DNA of 64,000 nt from Pedobacter sp. (GTDB taxonomy: Bacteria; Desulfobacterota; Desulfuromonadia; Desulfuromonadales; Syntrophotaleaceae). The notes beneath the pieces are model-generated. The model searched no databases. It was not told the origin of the DNA and saw nothing but the letters and a program-made list of their open reading frames with translations. The stretch spans positions 1,224,679 through 1,288,678 of the forward strand of contig JBFWJC010000001.1 of the NCBI GenBank assembly GCA_050253415.1, written 5' to 3'. This document shows, piece by piece, positions 10,734-21,082 of this stretch (positions are counted from its first letter, which is position 1; every line of letters starts with the position of its first letter). The position numbers and the translations under genes are program-made.

Positions 10734-10811
10734 CCGCCTAACATTCTTCCCCTGCTTATGCGGGCATGTTAGAATCCGCATCTTGAAACACAATTTACCG
10801 GAGGTTTTTTG

Positions 10812-13088
10812 ATGTCCCTGAACGCACAGCAGGATAGCCGTGTCCTCGGTTACCTGATCGAAGAAACCGGGCTGCAGACAAGCCAGGTTGTCAATACCAT
10901 TGAATTATTGCGCGAGGGCGCTACGGTGCCCTTTATCGCCCGCTATCGTAAGGAACGTACCGGCGAACTGGATGAGGTGCAGATTCGCACCCTGGAAGAG
11001 CGCCTTGCTTATTTCACCGAACTTGAAGAGCGTAAAGCGACGGTCCTGGCTTCCATCGACGAACAGGGTAAACTGACGCCGGAGCTTGCCGCCCGTATCG
11101 GCACGACCCGCCAGAAGAATGAGCTGGAAGACCTGTATCTGCCGTACAAGCCAAAACGTCGCACCCGCGCTATGATCGCCCGTGAGCGGGGGTTGGAGCC
11201 GCTAGCCGGCCTGGTGGCCGCCCAACAGCTTACCAGCGGTACCCCCGAGCAGGCTGCCGCACCGTTTGTCGATCCGCAAGGCGAGGTTCCCGATGCCGCC
11301 GCGGCTTTGCAGGGCGCGGCCGATATTCTGGCCGAGAGACTCAGCGAAGATGCCGATATGCGTGCGGTGGTTCGGCGACTCACCTGGGAGCAGGGACTAT
11401 TTTGCTCCAAAGTGGCTCCCGACTTTGTGGACAAGGTCAGCAAGTTCGAGATGTATTACGATTATCAGGAACTTTTGCGCGAGATCCCATCCCACCGCAT
11501 GCTGGCCATGCGTCGGGGGGAAAAGGAAGAAGTTCTGCGGTTGTCGATCGTCGCTCCGGAGGAGGAATTGCTGCAGCGCCTCAAAAATCGCCTGCTGCAG
11601 GGGGAAAGCATTTTTCAGGCGTTGATTGAAAATATTGCAACGGATGCTTATCGTCGTCTGATCGCGCCCTCCATCGAAGTGGAATTGCGGCTTGAAGCTA
11701 AAAAGCTTGCCGATGAAGCGGCTATCGGCGTGTTTGCCGACAACCTGCGCAACCTGCTTTTGTTGCCGCCGGCCGGCAGCCGCAGGGTTCTGGGGGTCGA
11801 CCCCGGTCTGCGTACCGGCTCCAAGCTGGCTGCCGTGGATGGTACCGGGCGTTATCTGGAAGATACAACTATCTATCCCCATACCGGGAAAAGCCAGGTG
11901 GAGCCCGCCCGTCAGCAGCTTCTTCGCCTGATTCAGACTCATGCCATCGAAATGGTTGCCATCGGTAACGGCACCGCCGGTCGTGAAATGGATCTTTTTG
12001 TACGCGAGACCTTGAGCCAGGCCGGAATTAATCTGCCGGTGGTGATGGTTAACGAGGCCGGCGCCAGTGTCTACTCCGCATCGGATATCGCCAGGGAGGA
12101 GTTCCCCGATCTGGACCTGACGGTGCGCGGCGCCATCTCCATCGCCCGCCGCTTGCAGGATCCCCTCGCGGAGCTGGTTAAAATCGACCCCAAGAGCATC
12201 GGTGTCGGTCAATATCAACACGACGTCAATCAACCCGCTCTCAAAAAAGCCCTCGACGATACCGTGGAAAGCTGCGTTAACTTTGTCGGTGTCGATCTCA
12301 ACACCGCCTCGTGGGCCCTGCTGTCGTACGTTTCAGGGATCGGCGCGTCCCTGGCCAAGGCCATGGTGCGCCACCGGGAAAGCCAGGGTGCTTTCGCATC
12401 GCGCAAGGATTTGTTGCAAACTCCGCGCTTCGGTGCCAAGACCTATGAACAGGCCGCCGGATTTCTGCGCATTCGCGGTGGTTCCAACCCTCTCGACAAT
12501 ACCGCCGTGCATCCCGAGAATTATCCGACGGTGGAAAGCATGGCCGCCGATCTCGACCTGTCCGTAACTGAACTGGCGGCTGCTCCCGACAAAGTTGCCG
12601 GGCTGCGCCTGGAACGCTATGTGACCGAAACGGTGGGCCTGCCGACCTTGCGGGATATCGTCGAGGAATTGAAAAAGCCCGGGCGCGATCCGCGCCGTCA
12701 GTTCGAGACCGTTTCTTTTCGCGATGATATCCGTGAAATCAGTGACTTGAAGGAAGGCATGATCCTGCCCGGGACAGTCACCAATGTTGCCGCCTTTGGC
12801 GCATTTGTCGATATCGGTGTGCATCAGGACGGCCTGGTTCATGTCAGTCATCTGGCGCATAAGTTCGTCAAAGATCCCGGCGAAGTCGTTCGGGTCGGGG
12901 ATGTCGTTAAAGTCAAGGTTCTCACCGTTGATACGGCCCGCAAACGCATCGGCTTGTCCATTAAGGAAGCGCAGCCTGAGCCAACAGCCCAGCGACCGAC
13001 CCAAAGGCCCGAACGGAAACCTAAAAAGGAACCTCTAAAGGATGCCGCTGCCTGGGAAAATGCAGGATTTCGTGTCCGCCGCAAGTGA
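10812..13088 (+). CDS. tex: Tex-family RNA-binding transcriptional accessory protein
   Basis: GATVPFIARYRKE, GVDPGLRTG, EAGASVYSAS, DPKSIGVGQYQHD, C-terminal S1 domain; GGAGG RBS. Confidence 0.95.
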   Translation: MSLNAQQDSRVLGYLIEETGLQTSQVVNTIELLREGATVPFIARYRKERTGELDEVQIRTLEERLAYFTELEERKATVLASIDEQGKLTPELAARIGTTRQKNELEDLYLPYKPKRRTRAMIARERGLEPLAGLVAAQQLTSGTPEQAAAPFVDPQGEVPDAAAALQGAADILAERLSEDADMRAVVRRLTWEQGLFCSKVAPDFVDKVSKFEMYYDYQELLREIPSHRMLAMRRGEKEEVLRLSIVAPEEELLQRLKNRLLQGESIFQALIENIATDAYRRLIAPSIEVELRLEAKKLADEAAIGVFADNLRNLLLLPPAGSRRVLGVDPGLRTGSKLAAVDGTGRYLEDTTIYPHTGKSQVEPARQQLLRLIQTHAIEMVAIGNGTAGREMDLFVRETLSQAGINLPVVMVNEAGASVYSASDIAREEFPDLDLTVRGAISIARRLQDPLAELVKIDPKSIGVGQYQHDVNQPALKKALDDTVESCVNFVGVDLNTASWALLSYVSGIGASLAKAMVRHRESQGAFASRKDLLQTPRFGAKTYEQAAGFLRIRGGSNPLDNTAVHPENYPTVESMAADLDLSVTELAAAPDKVAGLRLERYVTETVGLPTLRDIVEELKKPGRDPRRQFETVSFRDDIREISDLKEGMILPGTVTNVAAFGAFVDIGVHQDGLVHVSHLAHKFVKDPGEVVRVGDVVKVKVLTVDTARKRIGLSIKEAQPEPTAQRPTQRPERKPKKEPLKDAAAWENAGFRVRRK

Positions 13089-13177
13089 GCACTTTGCCAG
13101 CACAAACCGCAAAAGACCCATATCACGCAAAGCCGCGAAGGCGCGAAGAAAATGGTTGAAGACGAAAAACACTCATT

Positions 13178-13363
13178 GAACGCAGATAAAGGCGGATGCA
13201 CGCGGATTAAGTCAAAATCAGAATCAAGTTGATGTGTTTATGCATGACCATGTTTACACTTTCCTTTGCTGCCAATTATCGGATTTTGTAAACAACGCGT
13301 TAATTTCTTACTTCTTAGGTAAATAAAGGTTTTATCCGCGTTTATCCGAAGTTATCTGCGTTC
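13178..13363. repeat. Long imperfect intergenic inverted repeat
   Basis: gaacgcagataaaggcggatgcacgcggattaa (about 13178-13210) pairs with ttatccgcgtttatccgaagttatctgcgttc (about 13332-13363). Confidence 0.75.
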
Positions 13364-13549
13364 GAAAAAAGGTTTTGAGGTGGGGTGTGTTGCAAAGAGA
13401 TAAAGCCGCAGAAGATTTTCTTCACGGTTTTTTGTGCCAAAAGTAGATGTTTGGCTTTACATGTGATGAAGTCTTTGGCGATTACAGTTGCAAGTAGCCA
13501 AGAATGAAAGCGTCACAGGCCAGTTTGATATGCCATAGGGAGATAACGG

Positions 13550-14425
13550 GTGGAAAAACTTGTCGATTTGCATTTGCACAGTCATTGTTCCGACGGACTC
13601 TATGCTCCGGCCGAAGTTATTCGCCGCGCGGCGGAGGCCGGGTTGGCGGCAGCAGCATTGGCTGACCACGACAATGTTGATGGGGTCGATGAAGCCATGC
13701 AGTCAGGGAAGGTTCACGGTATCGAAGTCCTTTCAGCCGTAGAACTTTCGGTGATATGGGAATCTTTCCGCGATATCCATCTGCTTGGCTACGATATCGA
13801 CCACCACCACCCGGTTTTAAAGTCTTCCCTGCAGGAGTTTCGAGATTTTCGAGCCGGTCGCAACGAGCAAATTGTTGAACGCATCAATGAAAAACTCGTG
13901 ACCGAAGCGCGCGCACCCATTACCTTTGCCGAGGTTCAGGCCCATGCGGAAGGGAGTCTCGGGCGACCGCATATCGCCATGGTTCTCATCGAACGCGGCT
14001 ACGTACGCAACCATGATGAAGCCTTTGTCAGATACCTGGTGCCGTGCGACGTGCCCAAGCGTTACTTCCCCATCGACGAAGCCATCGATCTGATCCACCT
14101 GGCCGGCGGTGTGACCTCTCTGGCACATCCACCCTATATCACCGACGACCGGCGGCAATTGCGGCAAATGTTCGATACTTTTTCCGAAATGGGGCTGGAC
14201 GGTATCGAGGCCTACAATAACCGTTGCACCAACGCCGATATCGACTGGTACATATCCGAGGCCAGGCGCCGCGATCTCATCGTTACCGGCGGGTCCGATT
14301 ATCATGGCGTTGAAGGTGCCGATATCGTCATCGGCGGTGGGCGCGGTAATCTGCGCATCCCTTATCGCTGTGTTGAGGACATCCACCGGACTGTGGCTCG
14401 TCGCGCCGGTAAGGGACAACCATGA
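13550..14425 (+). CDS. PHP-domain metal-dependent phosphoesterase (TrpH/YciV-like)
   Basis: DLHLHSHCSDG, DHD, GRPHIA, LAHP, TGGSDYHG. Confidence 0.9.
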   Translation: MEKLVDLHLHSHCSDGLYAPAEVIRRAAEAGLAAAALADHDNVDGVDEAMQSGKVHGIEVLSAVELSVIWESFRDIHLLGYDIDHHHPVLKSSLQEFRDFRAGRNEQIVERINEKLVTEARAPITFAEVQAHAEGSLGRPHIAMVLIERGYVRNHDEAFVRYLVPCDVPKRYFPIDEAIDLIHLAGGVTSLAHPPYITDDRRQLRQMFDTFSEMGLDGIEAYNNRCTNADIDWYISEARRRDLIVTGGSDYHGVEGADIVIGGGRGNLRIPYRCVEDIHRTVARRAGKGQP

Positions 14426-14973
14426 TGCACCATTTACCACCGGTGTTTATCGATTTTGAGGCTTCCAGCCTGTCGGGGTTTTCCTATCCCATCGAGGTGG
14501 CCTGGGGGACACGTACGGATGATATCCACAGTTGCCTTATCTCTCCTTCCCAGTGTCACGATTGCATCGACTGGGACGAAGATTCCGAGCTGCTGCATGG
14601 CCTCACCAGGCGCCAGCTTCTTGAGCAGGGCCTGCCCATGGGCAAGGTGTGCGATCTGTTGGGCGATGCCTTAAAAGGGCGACAGGTCTTCTCCGATGCC
14701 AACGGGTACGATAACTTCTGGCTGGAAAAATTGTTTCACGCCGCTGGCAGGACGCGGCCATCATTCACGATCCGGCATGTGGACGAATTGTTATGCGAGC
14801 GGCTCGCGCCGCAGCTGGTGCATCGCCGGGAATTGGTAGCGGCCCTTGAGGAACTGCGCCAGATAGCCCGCGATAAAGTACCGCGTCAGCACCGCGCCGG
14901 TTGGGACGTGCGCTTTCTGATCGAGCTATGGGATATGGTTTGCCGGCGTTGGCCGGCAACGGTTGATGATTGA
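14422..14973 (+). CDS. DEDDh/RNase H-like 3'-5' exonuclease-fold protein
   Basis: FIDFEAS, SDA..YD, HRAGWD; ATGA overlap with the PHP gene. Confidence 0.7.
   Translation: MMHHLPPVFIDFEASSLSGFSYPIEVAWGTRTDDIHSCLISPSQCHDCIDWDEDSELLHGLTRRQLLEQGLPMGKVCDLLGDALKGRQVFSDANGYDNFWLEKLFHAAGRTRPSFTIRHVDELLCERLAPQLVHRRELVAALEELRQIARDKVPRQHRAGWDVRFLIELWDMVCRRWPATVDD
14843..14955 (+). repeat. 113-bp direct repeat, copy 1
   Basis: Identical to 16276-16388 by eye. Confidence 0.95.
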
Positions 14974-15419
14974 ACATGGCATGCAGACGAACTTTGCGGG
15001 CCGGAAGCTGAATGGTAGTTTTCGGCCCGTGGTGTTATGGCTACTTGAAAATATGTTATTACTTACCTGCGTTTCAAAAAATTGACATTCATTTTAAGGT
15101 TAATTTTAAAAGAAATTTTTTAATATATTTATTGGGTAATATGTGATACCTAAGTAATCCAAAAATTACAGATTACAAGAACTTGTTTTTTTTGTTTAAT
15201 ATTTTGATTTATTTTTGATTAATTCAAACTTCCCCGATTTAACAATGAAGCAGGCAAGTTTATTGAGCTCCACTTTTATTTAATTGAGTGGCGTTTTTTG
15301 CTATCTTGCAACTAATCTAATATTATCAGTTGTCGATATCGATAATATCTGCAGAGACAGTATCTTTTTTATTGTTTTGAGTTGATTTTATTTGGGAAAA
15401 TATTTTGGAGGAGATAGTT

Positions 15420-16115
15420 ATGAAAAATGGAATCATTTTATTGTTGTGCTTTTGTTTGACTGCATGTGGTGGACTGAATAGTAAATTAGCAAATAAAACA
15501 AAACAGGTTGAATATTATCGAATTTTTGATATACAAACGGATGTCGAAAGGACCTCGATCATCGATGCCGCAAGTCGGGGTTTGGGTAGAAACGCGGGTG
15601 ACGCGCGGGAGGCAACGCCGATTCCTTCATTTTCAACTCCTCCTGAACAACCTGGTAGATTTAAAGTGGTCAACCAGATGGACACACTTAACGGGTCTGA
15701 GTTCGGACGCTCAATAGGTGCCTTGGCAGCCATTAGCGCTGGCATGGGAGGTGGAAGTTTGGGGCTTAAGTCAGCTCAGTGTGATGGGGCTGTTTGGACT
15801 GCCAACGCCACCAAAAGTGCTGATAGAAATTTCAACCTTAACTTGGTGACCTGTTTATTCGAATACAAAGGTGGATACCATTTGGATATGTACGCCCATC
15901 TTACAAAACAGGAGGGGGGAATGCTGCAGCTAAGCCGGGCGATGGCAAGTGCCCTTGTCGGTACTCCTGAAGAATGGGTTGAAAAAACGTTTCTAGATGT
16001 TGTTCGGCAAATACACAACGACACAAATGCTGAAATAGAGTTTTTGGAGGGGTACCCCAAAATGCAAGGTACGCCCTGGCTGGATAGTGGCGAGACTTTT
16101 ACAGCCAAAAACTAG
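15420..16115 (+). CDS. Hypothetical lipoprotein
   Basis: MKNG + hydrophobic stretch + LTAC lipobox; GGAGGAG RBS; AT-rich upstream region. Confidence 0.75.
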   Translation: MKNGIILLLCFCLTACGGLNSKLANKTKQVEYYRIFDIQTDVERTSIIDAASRGLGRNAGDAREATPIPSFSTPPEQPGRFKVVNQMDTLNGSEFGRSIGALAAISAGMGGGSLGLKSAQCDGAVWTANATKSADRNFNLNLVTCLFEYKGGYHLDMYAHLTKQEGGMLQLSRAMASALVGTPEEWVEKTFLDVVRQIHNDTNAEIEFLEGYPKMQGTPWLDSGETFTAKN

Positions 16116-16275
16116 TTTTAGAGGATAAAGCCATGGCTGGCCTTTCGTTTTATAAAAAAAAACGAAAAATGTTTGTTCCGTTGGTTGGTTTCATGTTCAA
16201 GCAGTTTGAATAAGAGTCAGGAACCATGCCGGACTTGAGAGCTAACGAGGCTCCCCGAGAAGGAAGTTCTGTCAA

Positions 16276-16388
16276 CCCTTGAGGAACTGCGCCAGATAGC
16301 CCGCGATAAAGTACCGCGTCAGCACCGCGCCGGTTGGGACGTGCGCTTTCTGATCGAGCTATGGGATATGGTTTGCCGGCGTTGGCCG
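16276..16388 (+). repeat. 113-bp direct repeat, copy 2 (duplicated 3' end of the exonuclease-like gene)
   Basis: Identical to 14843-14955; followed by in-frame TAG. Confidence 0.95.
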
Positions 16389-16500
16389 TAGGAAAATGGT
16401 GCGTAAACGGAGTTGTCGAGCAAATGTTCGCCGGGCGGAATCCTTATCAGGGGTTCCGCCCTGTTTTTTTGAGCTGCGCAGTAGTTGGAAAGGGGAGGTG

Positions 16501-16932
16501 TCAGGGGTGCTTTTTTTCAACGCATTTGGACATGTTGAGGAATGTTTTGATAAGGTCTTTCCAGGTTGCAATGCCTACAAGTTGGCCTTCGGTCGACAGG
16601 ATGGGTAAGCAGGATACGCCGGCTTCAAGTAAGACGTGGACTGCTTCTTCAATATCGGTGTCAACATTTACCGTAACGGGATCTCGGGACATGATCTGGT
16701 GGGCTTTTCGGTTCAGGATGTCAAGGTCCCGTAGCGTTTCCGCTGCCGTATCGAGAAAAGGGCTGGTAGCTTTTAATACGTCGCGGTCAGAGATAATGCC
16801 ACAGAGTTGACCATGGTCGGTTACCAGCAAATGGTGAAATTTAGCACTCGCCATGAGTCCATTGATCAAGTGCAGAGAGTCATCCATTTCAACAGTGACC
16901 ACGCGCTTTGTCATTATCTCGCTGATTTTCAT
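16501..16932 (-). CDS. Tandem CBS-domain protein
   Basis: MKISEIMTKRVVTV, GIISDRD, IMSRDPVTV, LVGIATWKD. Confidence 0.85.
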   Translation of the reverse strand: MKISEIMTKRVVTVEMDDSLHLINGLMASAKFHHLLVTDHGQLCGIISDRDVLKATSPFLDTAAETLRDLDILNRKAHQIMSRDPVTVNVDTDIEEAVHVLLEAGVSCLPILSTEGQLVGIATWKDLIKTFLNMSKCVEKKHP

Positions 16933-17087
16933 GAATGCACACTCCCAAACCATTTGTAAGTTGTATATACATAGCATGAATGCAGTTTTTGTGGCAATGC
17001 AGCAGGTTCGGTGGGTGCGTACATTTCCAGTATCTTGCTTGAAATCTTGCCTGTTTGCATAAGAGTGTTCAGACAAGTTGGAGATGG

Positions 17088-17786
17088 TCAGTCATCAGTC
17101 GAAATGTTCGCTTCTGTATCAAGTATGACATCCAGGATCTCCAATGCGGTGATACTGGATATGGGGATGCCGTGACCCTTTTTCCATTTTGTTACCGCTT
17201 CTTGTTTGTCGGGGCCGGTAACCACTACTAAAACCTGCCGCGCTTGGCTGAGGGTCTTCGCAGTGAGGCTGACCCTTTCGGATGGTGGTTTGGGGGCTCC
17301 GGTGACGGGGACAACGAGAATTTCTTCCGGATGGTGGTGTCCAGGAAACAGGCTGGCGGTATGCCCGTCTTCACCAAGCCCGAGGATCACCAGATCGAAA
17401 GGCAAGGCATCATCAACCACCGGAGAATAGAGTCGGGCTCCTTCGATCGGCCCCTTCTCGGCAGGAATGATGTGGATCTGCTCCCGGGGGATGTTCACAT
17501 GATCGAGCCAAGCCTTTACGGCCATGGTGCTGTTGCGATCGGAATGTCCGGCAGGCAGGCATCGTTCGTCGCCGAAAAAGATTTCCCATCGGCGCCAGTC
17601 CGCCTCAGCCTTGGCCAGTAACCTGTAGGTTGCTTCAGGGGTGCGCCCACCAGCCAACACCAGCCGAAATATGCCGCGTTGTGCGATGGCCTTGGATGCC
17701 TCTGCCAATATCCGGCTTGCAGCATTTTCAGCCACGGCAGCAGTATCGGGCAACTGGTGCCAGTGAATGGTCTGACCCTTTGCCAT
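17088..17786 (-). CDS. pgl: 6-phosphogluconolactonase
   Basis: LAGGRTP, FFGDERC, LGLGEDGHTASLFP; downstream of zwf. Confidence 0.92.
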   Translation of the reverse strand: MAKGQTIHWHQLPDTAAVAENAASRILAEASKAIAQRGIFRLVLAGGRTPEATYRLLAKAEADWRRWEIFFGDERCLPAGHSDRNSTMAVKAWLDHVNIPREQIHIIPAEKGPIEGARLYSPVVDDALPFDLVILGLGEDGHTASLFPGHHHPEEILVVPVTGAPKPPSERVSLTAKTLSQARQVLVVVTGPDKQEAVTKWKKGHGIPISSITALEILDVILDTEANISTDD

Positions 17787-17840
17787 GGAGCTTTTTCTCC
17801 TCAATTTTACCCTATGCTTCTGGTCCACGGCCTGTAGCAT

Positions 17841-17901
17841 CAGCTTACAGCTTACAGCTTACAGCTTACAGCTTACAGCTTACAGCTTACAGCTTACAGC
17901 T
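17841..17901. repeat. (CAGCTTA)x8 plus partial unit
   Basis: Read directly; includes the zwf stop codon (17894-17896). Confidence 0.95.
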
Positions 17902-19393
17902 GTTTTATCCCACACCCGCACGGTTCCAGGGTATTGCGCCAGAACCGGCACGGGTCATCGAAAAGTTGGTCGGCTTCGGCCGGCCCCCACGAGCCTGACC
18001 GGTAGGGATGCAGGTCTTGCCCGGAGTGGGACCAGGCCTGCATTACCGGGTCGACGATACGCCAGGCCTGTTCCACCTCTTCATAGCTCAAGAACAGGGA
18101 GCGGTCGCCTCGGATGATGTCGAGCAGCAACTCTTCATAGGCGTCGTTGACGATTTCATCGGCTCTCCTAAAACTGGCGTCAAGGGCTGTCTGACGGGTG
18201 GCGAGGGCTTCGCCGGGGGCCTTGACGGTCATCTCCATACGCATGCATTCGTGAGGCTGGATACCGATCAACAGCCAGTTGGAGGCTTCGCAATGCACAT
18301 GGCTGGCGCGGAAGAATTGCTGGGGCGGTTGTTTGAAACAGATGGCCACCAGCGCCTGTTTTTGAGCCATGCGTTTACCGGTGCGCAGCAAAAAGGGTAC
18401 GCCGGCCCAGCGCCAGTTGTCGATATGCAGTTTGAGGGCGGCGAAGGTTTCCGTATGGCTGTCACCAGCTACGCGCGCCTCGTCCCGGTAGCCGATGACG
18501 GCATTGCCGCCTACCGTGCCGGTGTTGTACTGACCGCGCACGGCGACCTCGTCCACCTGGTCGGGGAGGATGGGGCGTATCGATTTGAGGACCTTGAGTT
18601 TTTCGGCGTGCAAAGCCTCGGCGGCCATGGAGACCGGGGATTCCATGGCGACAAAGGTCAGCAGCTGCAGCAGATGGCTCTGGATCATGTCGCTCAGGGC
18701 GCCTGATTTTTCGTAGGTTGCTCCGCGTTCTCCTATGCCTTGCGGTTCGGCATGGATGATCTGAATGTGGTCGATGGTGTTGCGATTCCAGAGCGGCTCC
18801 ATCAACACGTTGCCGAAGCGGAATACCAGGATGTTGCGCACCGTTTCCTTGCCCAGATAATGGTCGATACGAAAGATCTGTTCTTCGCGCAGATGTTCGG
18901 CGAGCTTCTGTTGCAGGGCCACGGCGCTTTGCAGATCGGAGCCAAAGGGTTTTTCGATTACGACCCGCCGCCCGCCCTCGGTTTCATCGAGCAGTTTGGC
19001 CCGATCCAGGTTGGAAATGACATCCGCATATTCGGCTGGGCTCAGGGCCATATAAAACGCCAGATCGACTGGAAAGTCCCTGTTCCTCGACAATTTCCCG
19101 TAAAGCGTTTCGTAAAAGGAGGAATCGCGCAGGTCGCCGCGCACGTAGTCGGTACGTGCGGCAAAACGGGAAAAAACCTCGTCGTTCAATCCGCCGCGAA
19201 CGTTGCCGGCCAGATGGGCGCGGATTTCGGCCAGCCAGGCGTCGCGGTCGGGATGACGGCGGCCGTTGGCCAGGATGCGGGTATCGGGGTGCAGACGGTT
19301 GGCAGCATCGAGGTGATAAAGGGCCGGCAGCAATTTGTTGCGGGCCAGATCGCCGGTCGCGCCGAAAATCACAAAGGTGCAGGGGTCAGTCAT
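17894..19393 (-). CDS. zwf: Glucose-6-phosphate 1-dehydrogenase
   Basis: FGATGDLA, EKPFG, RIDHYLGKE, NWRWAGVPFLLRTGK. Confidence 0.93.
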   Translation of the reverse strand: MTDPCTFVIFGATGDLARNKLLPALYHLDAANRLHPDTRILANGRRHPDRDAWLAEIRAHLAGNVRGGLNDEVFSRFAARTDYVRGDLRDSSFYETLYGKLSRNRDFPVDLAFYMALSPAEYADVISNLDRAKLLDETEGGRRVVIEKPFGSDLQSAVALQQKLAEHLREEQIFRIDHYLGKETVRNILVFRFGNVLMEPLWNRNTIDHIQIIHAEPQGIGERGATYEKSGALSDMIQSHLLQLLTFVAMESPVSMAAEALHAEKLKVLKSIRPILPDQVDEVAVRGQYNTGTVGGNAVIGYRDEARVAGDSHTETFAALKLHIDNWRWAGVPFLLRTGKRMAQKQALVAICFKQPPQQFFRASHVHCEASNWLLIGIQPHECMRMEMTVKAPGEALATRQTALDASFRRADEIVNDAYEELLLDIIRGDRSLFLSYEEVEQAWRIVDPVMQAWSHSGQDLHPYRSGSWGPAEADQLFDDPCRFWRNTLEPCGCGIKQL

Positions 19394-20828
19394 GGCGGTC
19401 CTTGTGAGGGGAGTGGAATGTTTCCCAGTCGGTGTGGAAGAAGGTGCCGCGCGGCTGGTCGGTGCGTTCGTAGGTGTGTGCGCCAAAATAGTCGCGCTGG
19501 GCCTGCAGCAGGTTAGCCGGCAGACTGGGGCAGCGATAGCCATCGAAAAAAGCAAGCGCGGATGAAAGCGCGGGCAGGGGGATGCCAAGTTCCACCCCCA
19601 TGATTATGGCTTGGCGCCAGCCATTTTCGGCTTTGCCTAATTGCTCGACAAAGAACGGGGCTAGCAACAGGTTCTCCAGTTGACTGTCGGTTTCGAAGGC
19701 CGCGGCAATATCGTTAAGAAAGATACTGCGGATAATGCAGCCGCCGCGCCAGATAAGAGCAATGCTTTGGTAGTCGAGATGCCAGCCGAAAGCATTGGCC
19801 GCGTCTTTGAGCAGCATGAACCCTTGCGCATAGGAAATGATCTTGGCTGCGTACAGGGCGTCGTGGATGGCCGCTACAGAATCTTTTTCCAGCTTCACCG
19901 GTGATTGTAGCGCGGAGTTGAACTGTGCCGAGGCGCGCATCCGTTCGTCCCGCCGGGACGACAGGGCCCGGGCAAAAACCGCTTCGCTGATGGTGGTCAG
20001 GGGGGTGCCCAATTGCAGCGCTTCGATCCCTGTCCATAGACCTGTACCTTTTTGGCCTGCAGTATCAAGGATACTATCGATCAGAGGCAGGCCGTTGGTT
20101 TCCTTCGCTGCAAGGATGCGACCGGTGATTTCGATGAGATAAGAGTTGAGAGGGCCTTCGTTCCAGCGGCTGAAAAGTTCGGCCAGTTGGTCCGTGTCCA
20201 GTTGCATTCCGAAACGCAGCAGATGGTACGCTTCGCCGATTAGCTGCATGTCGCCATATTCGATGCCGTTGTGCACCATCTTCACGAAGTGTCCTGCGCC
20301 CTGTGGGCCGATCCAGCGGCAGCAGGGTTGATCGTCGACCCGGGCGGCGATCGCCTCGAGTATCGGGCGAATATGGGGCCAGGCCGCTACGTTGCCTCCC
20401 GGCATCAGGGACGGTCCCCGGCGGGCGCCTTCCTCGCCGCCGGAAATGCCGCAGCCCACGAACAGCAGGTTCTGTTCGGCCAAAGCGGTGACGCGACGTT
20501 TGGTATCGTTGGGATGAGAATTGCCGCCGTCGATAATAATATCGCCAGCTTCAAGGCAGGAACGCAACAGTTCGAGGGTGTCGTCAACCGCCTGACCGGC
20601 TTTGACCATCAGCAGCACCATGCGTGGCCGAGGCAGACACGCTACCAGTTCGGATACGGAATGGCATCCGATAATGGTGCTGTTTGCCGCAGCTTCGGCA
20701 AGAAACGCATCGGTTCTGGCAGCGGTTCGGTTGTAGACAGCCACCCGGTAACCGTGGTCCTGGATATTAAGGGCCAGATTCTGTCCCATAACCGCCAGTC
20801 CGATGAGTCCGATATCCGCTTTTTTCAC
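19386..20828 (-). CDS. gnd: 6-phosphogluconate dehydrogenase, decarboxylating
   Basis: GLAVMG, DGGN, GAGHFVKMVHNGIEY, QAQRDYFGAH; GTG start after AAGG. Confidence 0.95.
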   Translation of the reverse strand: MKKADIGLIGLAVMGQNLALNIQDHGYRVAVYNRTAARTDAFLAEAAANSTIIGCHSVSELVACLPRPRMVLLMVKAGQAVDDTLELLRSCLEAGDIIIDGGNSHPNDTKRRVTALAEQNLLFVGCGISGGEEGARRGPSLMPGGNVAAWPHIRPILEAIAARVDDQPCCRWIGPQGAGHFVKMVHNGIEYGDMQLIGEAYHLLRFGMQLDTDQLAELFSRWNEGPLNSYLIEITGRILAAKETNGLPLIDSILDTAGQKGTGLWTGIEALQLGTPLTTISEAVFARALSSRRDERMRASAQFNSALQSPVKLEKDSVAAIHDALYAAKIISYAQGFMLLKDAANAFGWHLDYQSIALIWRGGCIIRSIFLNDIAAAFETDSQLENLLLAPFFVEQLGKAENGWRQAIIMGVELGIPLPALSSALAFFDGYRCPSLPANLLQAQRDYFGAHTYERTDQPRGTFFHTDWETFHSPHKDRHD

Positions 20829-21082
20829 GTTGAATGACCTTCGGGTGAAAGATTTCAAGAATTATGCAATCGGACAATATCCTGAAATAAATTTACCGCG
20901 GAGAACGCCGAGTTCGCAGAGAGTAGTCAATCGTTGAATGATTGTTATGACATTTCATTATCATATTTGATACATGCTGGCAAAGATTCACTGCCTTCAC
21001 CTTGGGGGCAATGTTGGTTTATGCAAAAAACAGGACCGGCAGCAAGATGATGCTCGTGCTAACGCAAACCTGTCTGCCATGT

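Noticed and set aside
16334..16810. 158-aa plus-strand ORF
   Set aside because: Starts within the duplicated repeat and is antisense to the CBS gene
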